A stretch of 64,000 bases of DNA from Botryllus schlosseri (lineage: Eukaryota), in contig CM119383.1 in assembly GCA_051294905.1 (NCBI GenBank), positions 5,146,001-5,210,000 on the forward strand, written 5' to 3'. Numbering within the stretch: position 1 is the stretch's first letter; every line of letters begins with the position of its first letter. Positions 1-14,000 of the stretch are shown here, in pieces. The translations under genes and the position numbers were made by a program. The notes under the pieces were generated by a model. The model was not told the origin of the DNA, made no database searches, and saw nothing but the letters and a program-made list of their open reading frames with translations.

Positions 1-1
1 C

Positions 2-979
<978 letters not shown>

Positions 980-3900
980 TTTCTTCATTTTGTGAGATGA
1001 AGGTGGTGCTCCACAATTGTTGCACATATGTAGGCGTGGAACTCCATCGAAAATGTGCATTGTCTTCACGAATATGGTTGCATAAAACACTCGTCAATTA
1101 GTGTCTGCGAACTTAGTTGCAGATGCTACTTTTTCACCGTTCCTGACCTGAATTTTTGCTATGCCATATATTAGTTGTAAGCATGCCAATTTAGATTGGG
1201 GATGCATAGCTCGCTTCATTTTTTTGGTGTCCGTGTCTGAAGTGAAACTGCGATAATTGGAGAATAATTTTGCCTATCTTTTGAAAGTTGGTGCTCCATA
1301 ATCACTACTGTGTGTTGGTACTGGTCAATTTCGGCACAAATTTGGCGGAAAAGGAGGGTTTTTATCTTTAAGTCACAATGTGCGAGTGGATGTGGTGAAT
1401 GAGGCATAACGTATCTAAAATTGAAGAAAAACCATGGAATTTAGGCTATTATTTCTATGGAAGCATCTCTTTCTGAGCACTGGAGCCCACTTGAATAGGC
1501 TACCGGTACTACTAATTATGCTATTTTAGAGGAAGTATGCTATTTCGTCACTGAGTTCCTTGCCAATGTATGATCACTGATCAGCGATCGTCATTTTGTC
1601 AGTGTCGAATAGTTTTCGGGACATAATTTTCAGCGTGGCTACTGGAGATTTTTGTGGTATTTAGATTAGTATGAAGTACTGCTATTTTGTATTACGTTTT
1701 GTTTCGAGATACTTTGACTCCTCAATTCATCCTACCTTACTTTTGGTCATAGTACAGTAACTTTCGTGTATTAATACTTGTACAGAATTATTTTAATGAT
1801 ATTTAAATTTCAGTCCGATGCCAATATATCTGAGTCGTAAAATAATTACTAAGACATCTTAGTCACCTAAATCGACAATATTGTCAAGTGTATTGGCATT
1901 GGCCTGAAATGTTACTATCGTCTGGCAGACAGAACTTGTGTCATTGGCGTGACATGCACTCAGTGCATAATTCTACAATATGGATTCTCTCTGTACCGAT
2001 CATGATAGTAAGATTTGGTTATAATTTTAGGTTTCGCGTGCTGTTGAAGTCCATCTGGATCAGTCTGTGATTCTAATACAAAGTAAAGAATATATTTTTT
2101 TATTGGTCTTAAATTGCACCTGGGCAGTTGACTGTGTCATCGTTCCCACGCCATAATAGATCAGCAAGGATTTTGATATAGTAATTTGATCCATTTTCCA
2201 TAAGACGATATATTTATATCAAACACGTTGTACTTACGCTATTGTTCTACGTTTTAACTTTGTTTAGAACGTCACAGCTGTTTAGTGTTTGTGTATTTTC
2301 AAAAGACGGTAAACTTGACAACTTTTGTTATGTAAATCATCCGTAGAGGTAGCAATGTTTTACGCTGAAGTAATTTTGTGGCAATTTAGCTGTAAAAATG
2401 ATTTGAAAACGATTCATTATTTCATCAGTCTAAAAGCACTACTAGTTCATTCACGTATGAAGAATGAATGGTCAAATTCAAATTTCATGTGTCACCATAC
2501 TACATGAAACATGCAACACATTCGTTATATTATACATGTTTCGAAAAGAATAATAGACTTTGGAATGTCATCGGTGATGTCACAATTAGAAATTGGTGAA
2601 ATAATTCCTTGTCTAAAAGAATGATCAGTCTTTTTCTTTTGAAAATTAACATTACCAATCACTACAATAGCGTAGTGTTGGAAGGCATTATTTCCGAGAA
2701 CACAAAGGGCGGCATACAGAGTATAACATAGTGATACTTCCGTCGCTTGATTGAGGTGTTGATAGCAAGCTTACCTAGCCTCGTATTGAATCCGATTCGA
2801 TTTGATTGACACAGATACTGTTACTACAAGCGTCATTCCTTTCCTGGATTGCCAAAGCTTTCTCAGTGTAGCACAAATTTGGCTTTGACTGTTTCACTAC
2901 AAGTAATCAAGATCGAACAAATACATTGTGTGGATATGTGGCTACATTTTTCCTATCACTATGAAATATATATTTTGGTGTTAAAGCAAGTTGTTTTAGA
3001 GTGTAACTGTTTAAGGAAAATTCGCTCATTAGAAATGATGTTGGTATTCCTGATGTCTGATTTATTATCATGGATGATATTGTGTGGCTCTGTGGAATTT
3101 CGATGCTTCACTTTATGTCAGACTAATCGAGATTGTACAAAATTGAACCACAACGCTTATGTGATATCATTGTAACTATTTCATGGTAATGCCTTCAGTG
3201 ATGAGAAGAGAGTACCAGTTCATGTTAACTTTTGGTTACTGTTAGCTTGAAGACAATGATTATTTTATTTTGTTGCCATCAGTTCTAGCTAGACTTGCTC
3301 TATTTTGACAATTTCCACGTTTGTGACTATCAATGTATTCACAAAATATAAGCTACATGGGTATTAATTCACAGCACATCAATCGAAAGCAATTGTTTCC
3401 ATTTTATAGTGGTTGTTTCATCACCATAATTCTTCCAACCTAGTGTGCCTTGTCTTCGGCGGTCTGAGCGTAATTAGCTCGTTCTGTCAAATCACAAATC
3501 TTCCAAATAGTGGGTGCCGGTCTAAACAATCGTGATCAATTGCTTTCAATAGTGTTATAATAGAGATTAGATTACCGCAATTCCGCGTGTATAAGACGTA
3601 CTGCAATCGTCAGCTAAGTCATATTTGTCATATATGTTGGAAAAGTAGCTTATGTTTCCTAACTTTTTCAATGTTATTCTATTCGTGGCAACGTATTCTG
3701 TCTCGTCTATACGAAATTTCCATAGTCAAGGCTCAATACTGTGGCTAAATTGAACTACGCCCTACAGAAGTAATTAAGTCATGAAATATAGTACACCCAC
3801 CCTTCAAGCATGTCCTGTTGTTGGTATCCTGTACGACCACCACTGGTCGACCATCCAGCTCTTCAATATTTGTTCTATTTATTTACATTTTGACTGCATT

Positions 3901-4163
3901 TACGCGAAGCTTGAATGATGGTAATTGTCGGTTGCTTGTTTATTGAGGTTTATTAATTATTATTTGTTTGTGTCACGTGCGCTCTGCACCCGTTAGTAGT
4001 CAAGCACTGGATATCGATGATAATCTGCTCTTGTCAATTTTTCCGTTTAATTGTTATGTAATGTCTTCTGTCCATTTCTTGGTGAAAGTCTATAAAATCT
4101 ATGCTTGACTTTTCTATTATTTGTTTCCTCAAGGTTTTTATGGTAGACTAATAGCTGCTGATC

Positions 4164-5690
4164 ATGGAGCGGTTTGGGATTATGATATGCGTCACGATCT
4201 ATGTCTTTTCACCTACGGAAGCTAGACGCAGTGGCATATTTGACTCAAACTCAAACTCCAATAATTTCCGTGATCTGTTGGATGATATTCAAAAGCACAG
4301 AGCGGCTGAAGACGACGTTTTGTCATGTGACGTGGAATTTGAGAGAGAAAACGGAGTGATACTGCGCACTAAAGAATCTATAAGCAACGGCGCTGAATTC
4401 ATTACTGCCGATCACGACGTTACGAATGCTGGGGACTGCCGTGATGCGTGTTGCAACGCTTATAAAGATGACGTCCGTTGTGATCTTGCCGTATATGGGG
4501 AAGTAGCAGTGTCTGATGATGATGATAAAACAAGGCCTACGTGTTTTCTTTTCTCTTGTATTCAAGAGAATGGTGACGACTCGTGCACCACGTCGCAAAG
4601 CTCAGGGTTTACAGTCTTTCGTATGAAAGATGGAGACAAAACGGAACATCAACTCGATAGCATCTCGAATTCGCCTGCTATATCTTCGAAAGTGTCCGAT
4701 GCAAAAGAGTTTGGTTTGACTTCAGATTCTGGCCACGAAAATAGATGTGGCGCCGAATTTTCGGTGAGCAACGGATTTATTATCAAAGCAGAAGAATCAA
4801 TCGGAAACGGGGCGAAATTTTTGAAACTCGGAGCCTACACGCCTTCGAGATGGTCGTGCTACAAGCAGTGCTGCAACGCTGATTTTGACGGTGGTCGCGT
4901 CTGCGATTTTGTAGTTTACAAGGAGATTCCGGATGCGACCGTCGGTAAAAGTGAGAATCGGTGTTACTTGTTCTCTTGCACCGACGAGAATGGAGATTTT
5001 CAATGCGTGACGACCCGTAATAGCAATTATTCAGTTTCCAAACGACATACCCCGCCCAGAGTAATTAAACCATCTGTACCGAGTCAAACAAGTGCAGCAA
5101 AGACAACTCCCTTGTCGACAAGTATTCCTGACATCACAACCGCCTCTACGATTACAGTAAAGGATACTGCGATTCCGACTGTAAGTCCTACCCCAGCAAA
5201 TCGTAAGCCAGATTTGGTGCGCATGTGCGGGCGATTAATGTGGCAATGCGATAACGGTGACTGTGTAAAAGTGACGGAGGTGTGTAATGACGTGTCGAAT
5301 TGTGCGGACAACAGCGATGAAATAGGCTGCGATGAGATTAACAATGACAACACAAAGGACGAGGTACCGACGTCAGCTAAAAGTACCACAGCAATGTCTT
5401 TGTTGACATCCACCACTCGCAAAACTGCAAGTTCAACAGCCAAAGCGAACACAAGTTCGATACACTTAAAACTGACCCCGAACTCGCCTCGTCTTGACCT
5501 CGAAATGGCAGGTAAGACAGAGCCCCAGAAAGGGGCTGTTCTACCGCTCGCGTTAGGACTTTCGGTGACGGCATGCGTTCTTTTAATGGTCCTTTGTCGG
5601 CTACGCATTGTGAAGAAGAAAAGTAGAAAGAGAGGCAAGCCCTTGGTAATGGAGGAGTCTGACTATTTAATCAATGGAATGTATTTGTAG
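4164..5690 (+). CDS. LRP11: LRP11-like type I membrane protein, 508 aa, single coding exon: signal peptide, 2 MANEC/MANSC domains, S/T/P-rich stalk, one LDLa repeat, TM helix, short tail
   Basis: Two Cys-rich repeats with the MANEC pattern (I.RTKESISNGAEF..C..CC..C..CFLFSC..C and IIKAEESIGNGAKF..C..CC..C..CYLFSC..C). LDLa repeat CGRLMWQCDNGDCVKVTEVCNDVSNCADNSDEIGC. TM AVLPLALGLSVTACVLLMVLC. The C-terminus EESDYLINGMYL matches the LRP11 tail as I recall it. Probable 5'UTR acceptor (cctcaag) near 4133. Confidence 0.9.
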   Translation: MERFGIMICVTIYVFSPTEARRSGIFDSNSNSNNFRDLLDDIQKHRAAEDDVLSCDVEFERENGVILRTKESISNGAEFITADHDVTNAGDCRDACCNAYKDDVRCDLAVYGEVAVSDDDDKTRPTCFLFSCIQENGDDSCTTSQSSGFTVFRMKDGDKTEHQLDSISNSPAISSKVSDAKEFGLTSDSGHENRCGAEFSVSNGFIIKAEESIGNGAKFLKLGAYTPSRWSCYKQCCNADFDGGRVCDFVVYKEIPDATVGKSENRCYLFSCTDENGDFQCVTTRNSNYSVSKRHTPPRVIKPSVPSQTSAAKTTPLSTSIPDITTASTITVKDTAIPTVSPTPANRKPDLVRMCGRLMWQCDNGDCVKVTEVCNDVSNCADNSDEIGCDEINNDNTKDEVPTSAKSTTAMSLLTSTTRKTASSTAKANTSSIHLKLTPNSPRLDLEMAGKTEPQKGAVLPLALGLSVTACVLLMVLCRLRIVKKKSRKRGKPLVMEESDYLINGMYL

Positions 5691-8019
5691 ATTCGTATTT
5701 TTATCAGGTCTGCCTACTATCTGTGGTTAGCAAGGCTTATGTTACCAATGACATGTGATGTTCCTAGTATTCGCTGCGTTTGTGTGGATTTAGTCATCTT
5801 GTTTACATTTTAGTCCTGTCTGACGACAATTTTTGTACATCACTACCATGCCCGTTTTTGCACCTTATTTTTAACGTCACTATACCGCTTCCTGTCTGTT
5901 TTTTTGCAGGTATGCAAATGGTGAATGTATTATGTTGCGGGTGTTAGCTTTTATGGAGTTCTATTGGTGTGACTTTGCAGCCCATACTTAGATTCTAGTT
6001 GGTTGTCACAGAGATTACTTTAGGGCTTAAAAGGGTGTCAAAGTGGAATCACCGTTGTTTTCAATTAAGCGATTGGCCTGCGATATATTGCCAATGTGCT
6101 TTTCGGTACATTGACGCCCCCGGAGTTATTACAAATGTGTCTGATGCCCTGGAAATATTGCAGTATGGTCACGTTAAGATTTGAGATCAATTCAATGTAT
6201 TTTAAAGATTTTAGACCTTGTTGTGTCTGGCTTTCTTGCACGTACTGATTTCTCTACCATTCCGTTGTGTGTCTGTCACATCATGTTTCACCTCAATATT
6301 GATCGAAATGGAAGCGTGATGGCATTATCGGGAGTATTATTATCCTTGTAATTATTTCTTCATTTATCAAAGATTTTTATGATATTATCATTTGTCTCCT
6401 CGTTGACTTGAGACAGATTATATTACTATGTATGCAATTTATTATCGTAATGGTAGCAGTGTAGATTCTGTTCTGTTATTATCATCTGTTCCAGTAATGG
6501 GATTGGCTGGTCTTCGACAGTCTCTGTACCCTTGCCTGCCTACATTAATGTCTGTTGTGCAGTGACTGCCCAGTGGCCAGTCAATACTCATCAACCTAAG
6601 CTCCCACCGCAAACCGCAGTCAAGTCTAGCTGTTCCCTAGTCCTATACTTGTTATAACTGCTAAAATTCAAAGGTGGTACATATTCTTGCAAAGCACTAC
6701 CACTGGTTTTCTGTTCTCACTGCGGCACCATATCAAAGAGATTAGCAATTCCCCGTAAAGTAGCCTGTTTGATAAACTAATATCAATCTATTTTTGTTAT
6801 TATTATGGCACTAACGCTACTGTATTTATCCGGTATTTGTGCAAAATATTATATTCTTTCGCGCGGACTTCTTCAACTTTCGGCGTATGCATATCATTTA
6901 TTTAGTTTTAGGCTACTGTTTAGGATTTTGCAATATGTATTATTAGATCCTTTCCGTTCACCTCCCTACCTGAGAGAAAAGCAGTTTGAATTCCTATTTC
7001 GGGGGAGAAAAGTGACCTTTTGTTGTCCGATACTTTAGTTCCGGTGTTACAATCTATTTTTACCCACGTCACCCAACCTTGCTTTGATATTCGCACAGAT
7101 GGATCCGATTCCAATTTTATTCACAGTACCAATGGTATTAAGACCAACTATAAATTATCATTTAGGAATGGTCAAGTTTTAATGAGATGTCTAGTTTAAC
7201 TGTTATTTTGTGCATTACTGTTTCTTCCTGCTGTAGTTGATTTATGTTGCTGATACTACCAGCCTTAATTATGGATTGGTGTTTAAACGGAGGCTCATAA
7301 TTCAATTTGTCAATCATAATCCGGAGGTGAACTAATTCAATATTACCGAATCAGAGTCATCATCTAGGTAGCAGAAATTCCAAATCCAAAATGTCATTTC
7401 GTATCATGTCCAAGTTTAAAGGCCTATTCAAGAGAGACTCAAACCTAATCCAAAGTTGCTTGGAAATTCAACATAACACCATGATTTGAAATACGAAAGT
7501 GGTCCTGTTCTGAACTATTACTTTGAATCATTTTCGTACACACATAGGCTACTTGATATCGTCTTGTTATGCAGATGATTACCATATCGGGCATGATTGG
7601 CAGGCTCAGATGTTATGCACGTTTGTTAGGCGACATTCAAACGATACTGTCGATTTCAGAAGCCTGCAAATATTCTCGTCTTTTTCTTGTTTCGTACAAT
7701 GCGCAATGTAGTAATTCCATTCCTAATTGTGCTCATGACCTTGTATTGTCGACCTATACTCTTGTACATATGAACTGTATTCACGCACTTGTCAATCATT
7801 TCAATATGTTTTCTGTGCCGTGCCGTATGTGATTGACAATTGATCCCCGAGATTACAAGCATTAATGCAATATAATTCGGGTATGCGATACGTTTTTCTA
7901 CATTCCACAATGTAAACATGTTCACACCGATGTGTAATTCTCTCTTTTCAAGCATAATGCGTGCAGTATTTGAGTAAAATTGCCGGATCGTAACAATGTG
8001 AATACGATGAATAACCGTC

Positions 8020-11000
8020 ATGGAAGATATTTCTGAACAAAAGCAAAACCTCAACGTCATTTTGGTACCGGAAAGTGTATTGGTTGCCTTGAGCAAATCG
8101 GCGGCAGATGGTGAAAACGCGAGCGCTCTGGCTCAAAGCCAGTTGAAAGACTCTAGCCCGACGCAGTGCCTTCAAGATTATACTACCGGCTTCAATTCTG
8201 GCTCCGAAAACAGAACTGACAGCAAAGATTTGGGGTCGTCGCAAGATGTTTTACTTTTGGAAAACGGCGAGGGATGGTTTGTCAACATCGATCTCTTGAA
8301 ATCTCTGAAAGAAGCGCCCCGGCAACAAAACTCTGTTAGCGAAACAGATATTACCAACATTGAAAACTCTGTTATTGAAACAGATATTACCAACACTAAA
8401 GACTCGGTTGACACTGTCACGCCTCGTAAGAGAGAAGCAGACAAAAAATCATTTAAATGCACGGTAATCAATTGTCATCAGAAATTCCAAAGCGCCGACG
8501 AACTAAAAATCCACGCGGAGAGTCACGACAAACAAAAAATACATCAGTGCCAATTTCCGGGGTGCCCTTGGTCGTTTTCGACACCCTACAAATTACGGCG
8601 ACACGCTTCTTCACACCGACAAGCTAAACTGTTTAAATGCGATCGACCCGGTTGCAAAGTAAGCTGCTCGACTAAGTATAACTTAAAAGCACACCAGCTG
8701 GTTCATGACACCGGCGATAAGTGTTATTGCGCGGCGTGCAATATCTCGTTCAACTCGAAGCCGCAGTTGTTAAAACACATGCGAATAATACACGAGAAAG
8801 AGGCGGTGCTGGCGTGCGCTTATGAAAACTGTGACAAAAAATTTCACACTATAGCCGCGCGGACTACGCATATGAAGTCTCATCAACGCGTCAAGTCGAT
8901 ATGTCGGGACTGCGGTAAAGAATTTGATAAGCCCGCGGCGTGGAGGGAGCATATTCTCTCGAAACATACGAATATAAGGCCGTTCAAGTGTAAGCACGCC
9001 GACTGCAGCTGGGAATTTACAACCAAAGCGACACTTAAACGACATATGGTGATTCACACCGGCATAAAAAGGTTTGTATCAACCCCTGGGATACGATTGT
9101 ATCTGTACTTTTCACTGTATATTACACCGTTATCTGTATTGGTAGGTAACAGATGTGGTCAGTAAAGAAGTAGCCTACTATTTGGAGTAGGCTACTCAAG
9201 GTTTTACCTGCATGCTCTTTTTAACCGAGACTTTAACTTCAGTTTGCAGGCAAAACCAGGCCTAGAATGCTTACTGACATACTTGTTTGGAAGGTGCTAT
9301 TTGTTAGGGTTACCATATTTTGGGAATGTGAAAAGAGTACACTTTTTCAAACTTTTCAGACTTGCAATAAAAGATGAAAATCCTAAAAAAACGGTAAATT
9401 TTTGCACCTCGTGGTTGGTTGACTAAAAAAAGGTCAACTTACTGGCTCAGCTTCAAAAATAGCCGCAGGAGCGTTCCTTCGGTGCTGATTTACTACTGAT
9501 ATTTAACCAAAATTCTCAAATAAGAAGACATTTGGCCGTCCTCCGATGACACTTTCTAAAAATTCAAAAAAACAAACAAATCCTCTTCAAAGAGGACGTA
9601 TGGTAACCCTACTATTTGTGCTTATACTTGAGTAGATATGTGCAATGTTACTTCCACTTTTGAGTAGCGGGTGTCACAATGTGTGATATAGGTCTACTGT
9701 ATGGGTTGGAGCAGCGTACTAGATATCTAATTTCAGTTGTATGCGGTTTCGTCCATCCAACAAAGTGTGATTATTTACGATTTATCATGGTTTTACCTTG
9801 CATTGTATACATTGAATCTTATGACACTTGCTTGCTTTATTTCCGTCAGTTGGGTCTGTCCTTACGAGAAGTGTTCGTGGAAATTCTACAGGAAAGAACA
9901 CTTGAAATCTCATCTTAAAATTCATGCTACGAACGACGATAACAAGATGAAAGGTGAGTGGGACATTTGCATTCCTGTTATAGCTGGATAGCAAAATTGA
10001 TGGAAGACGGTATCCTATTCTATACTCTGGCGTAAAAGATGAGCTGGGTAAAGGGTTTAGAACCACTGATTTAGACAGACCATAAAAGAGATTTTTACAA
10101 TAGATTGTGATATTTATCAGAAAAATAGTACAGAATGACGAAAGAAATTTGCTCTACGTATAACAGGGGACCTTGTAATGACTCGACTCGCGATTGTTAT
10201 GTAATATTACCGAGTTCAATATGATTTTCTGTCAATGAAGGACCAGCCGTGCAATGGGCATACTCAGGGGCTCTACGATATAATCCCAGACCTGTGAATA
10301 ATTCCAGGTGTGAACGACCCGGACGCACCCGTGGAGTTGAACTTGGAGGATATGCTGTATTATTTCTGTCCCTACGAGGACTGCGGCTCCCTCTTTGCGA
10401 CGCAGATCGGAGCTAAGCAACACATACAGAAAATGCACCCATCTTCATCCAAAGCCTCGAAACCGCTCGAAGTTGATCTGGAAAGATTTGAAGGTTGCTT
10501 GAGTGAATGTGAATAGCTTTGAATAGCGGTTCCTAGATTTGTATTTAATAATAGCACCTCCCGCTAGGCACTGGATGCATCTCCGACACAGATTGGCCAC
10601 AAGTGCGCCAAGTTCCTCGTAATCATTAGGCCTCTACTAGGGGATGGTTATAACGGTTGCGCTGGTCAAAATGATGTCTCTCGAAAGCTACATGTTGCTC
10701 GATGAATGATGAGACGTTTAAAAGTGATTATTTGGCTTTACAGCCAGTCATATAGCAAAAGAAACAAACCACGTCAGTAAGTGATGCAGGTGAAAGAGTC
10801 CAACTGGAGTTTGCGTAAGAAGTATCATTTCTAGTTCTCATTACCAGCCACCTCTAAAATAGGTGATTTTTCGTCTGTCAAATTATTCATTTGGTAACAT
10901 ATTTATCGTATCATGTTACTGGGACTACAAATTTTTGTTTGATTGTGCTGTTTTGCTACATCAATTTACATCTAGCTATATGAGATTTTGCATTTCTGAA

Positions 11001-14000
11001 GTTGTCGACAATCGTTGCCATACAAAACGATCGATTTTCTGTCCTAGTTTCTATATTTTATGTTAGTTACGCTCGCGCCGAGTTGCGCCGGTGATAATTG
11101 TGTTTCAATTCACAGATGAAGGATTCGAGACGTCCATTGCGCTGACGGATCCGCCAAAGGTATGCTTGCCGGCTGTTTCTTGTAAAATACCGCCTGTTCA
11201 AAAGATCGAGGCCATTACCGTTTTGATGTACAAGTGCACAGCACTTACCTAACGGAGGATTTAATTGGCCGCCATCGAAGCAATCCTTGTAAATACGCAA
11301 ATCGATCATCTCGACACCCGAGAATAGGATTATTTATGGACTTTCATGGTACATATATAAATGATGTGCGGAGGTGGTCAAAGCATTCAACGCTGGTATT
11401 CAAGTAGAAGTAGAAGTAACACCGTAAAATTCTATCGTAAAGGTGTGCTATTTTGCCCATCTGTTGATACAATTTCACTTATAAAAGCAACGCGAAGATA
11501 TCTCCAAACCACTTTCTGCTTACAAAATTCCAAACTGTAAGAAGTAGGTGGAAGTTTTCGCGGTTGTGTTAGTATTGTATTGTATAAGTATTCCTTGCTC
11601 ATGACGAGTTAGAAGTAGTGTTTGCGATTTCAAACTGGGTAAAAGGAAAGTTAATAAGGCCTGGTTTTGCATTGGAACAACAAATTTTGATGAGATGTCG
11701 AAGTAGTTTGAATTCATGACCAACTGGTTAATTGGTGGAACTAAACGACACAACATCTCGAGCAAGTAGTGACTCGACTTGACTCGAGTCAGTTTTTGTA
11801 TTTACTCGACTTGTACTCGAGTCGTTGTACAATGAGCTGAACCGGATTGAACTGGAAACTGAACAGCGGACATAATGACTTGGACTATAACTCGAGTCAA
11901 AACACTATGACACGGACTCGACCCTTCACTAGTTGACTGGGACTCAGACTTGACTCGGTGGTGAATTGAAAATGACTCGACTTGGCTCGAGTCAAAACTA
12001 TAAAATGAGATTGACTTGGTTACAACCCCAAGTGCAAGTATGCAAAACCTACTTGAGTACTCCAAAAAGTATGGTAGCATTACTTCGGTACTGACCATCT
12101 CTATATATGTACATTAGGGCTCTTCAAAAATGACTTTTTTTCTCAAATAGTACTGGCTAAATTGTTAGGGTACCTGATTTAAGCCTACAAACAAAACTTG
12201 GTTCAATTCCAGCCAGTAACCGCTTTGCTACAGGAGAAGAAAGTTTCTATTTATTATGCAAAAATAAATGTTACAAAAATTGAAAATTGTCTGTTCACCC
12301 CATGAAAGTGTTAGGCTGTCTATAGAAACGATGCTCACCAAATTTGGCTCAATTCCAACCAGTCGAAGCGCAGTTATTGCCGTCGAAAAATTTGGATTTG
12401 AATAAAATAGTATTTACGGTATCACTATAATAAATAATTAAAGAATTGGCCACCGTAAATACTTTTTTATTCATGATCCAAATTTTTCGACGGCAATAAC
12501 TCTGCTTCCACTGGTTGGAATTGAACCAAATTTGGTGAGCATCGTTTCTATAGACATCCTAACACTTTCATGGGGTTAACAGACAATTTTCAATTTTTGT
12601 AATATTTATTTTTATATAATAAATAGAAACTTTCTTCTGTAGCAAAGCGGTTACTGGCTGGAATTGAACCAAGTTTTGTGTGTAGGCTTAAATTAGGCAC
12701 CCTAACAATTTTATCTAGTAGCCAGTACGATTTGAGAAAAAAAGTCATTTTTGAAGAGCCCTAATGTACATGTACACTGTACAGAGATACATATCGTTCA
12801 CTGGCCTGCCGTTTCACGCTAATATCACTATATTCCGCAGAATACAGACTCTCCCAGTGGGGATGCAGATACACCGTCTTCAAGCTCAATCCTTCAAGCT
12901 CTGATCGAAGGCAACACGTCGACCGCCAGCGATACGCTACATTCTTCATCCGTCACCGATTCAACGCATGCTGACCTCGCTATGAGTCGATACAGCGGCC
13001 CGAATTCGTCTGCGTTATTGGCCGGTGAAACGCATGCCGGGCAAAAAGCCGGCGCCATCGACGGATCTCACTTTCTTGTTCTGGATGCGACTGACATGGG
13101 TTTTCATACAAACTCGCCGTCGCTAGTTCAAGAAGCAATGCAATTTGGCAACGTTTCGAACGCCGCTTACTCGGAGTCGTCTGTCACGTCTTCGGCGGAT
13201 CAATATTTCGCTTTCAGCGATTGCGTACAGACCGTCGACCCCAATGTCGTGATGGCGATCAAGTCTCCTCGTGAGTGTCAATGGTTTGAGTAATTACAGA
13301 TCTTATCTAGCTTGGTAATGTCGGCGGATGTTTGATGCACTGATATGCTGATAATGGGCCCTCTGTGTTAATCTATTTCGTGCTGTCCGCACAGTAAGGA
13401 CTGAACAATTTAGGCACAGTCGTAATGAATCGACTCGAGTCAATTTGTGTATTGACCCCACTTGTACTCGTCATTTCGCATGACTCGTGACTAGATCTAC
13501 CAACACAGGCGTTTCATTGTAATTTCGAAGAATAGTAATGTTATCACACAATTATTATTTCGTTTATCAGTACTGGTACTTAAAAACTCTACCAGAAACT
13601 GTTGAAAGTGGGGAAAATTAGTCTATTATGATTGCGAAGCATTCGGTATCTACGAGCAGAGTTGTAAAAAGTGGGTTTCACATGATATTAACTCGGAACT
13701 GAACAGTCAACACAATGACTCAGGCTCGACACTCTACTCTGTAACTTGGACTCGGTGGTGAATTGAAAATGACTCGACCTGACTCAAGTCAAAACTGTAA
13801 AAGTGAGAGTGATTTGTGACTCGCAACCTTCTGACTTGGTTACAGCCCTGAATTTGGGTGTGTTATATAATTTTTTTTATCAATTTCACTGGAGTTTAAC
13901 GAAACTCTCATCGAATGTTTTTTGTGCCAGTGACGTCATATTGGGTGATACATGACTGTTAATATAAAGAGATCTTGTGAAATCTCTACTAAGTTGTTGA

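Noticed and set aside
5084-5638. 184-aa minus ORF (and 4323-4598, 4797-5003)
   Set aside because: Antisense shadows of the LRP11 coding exon.
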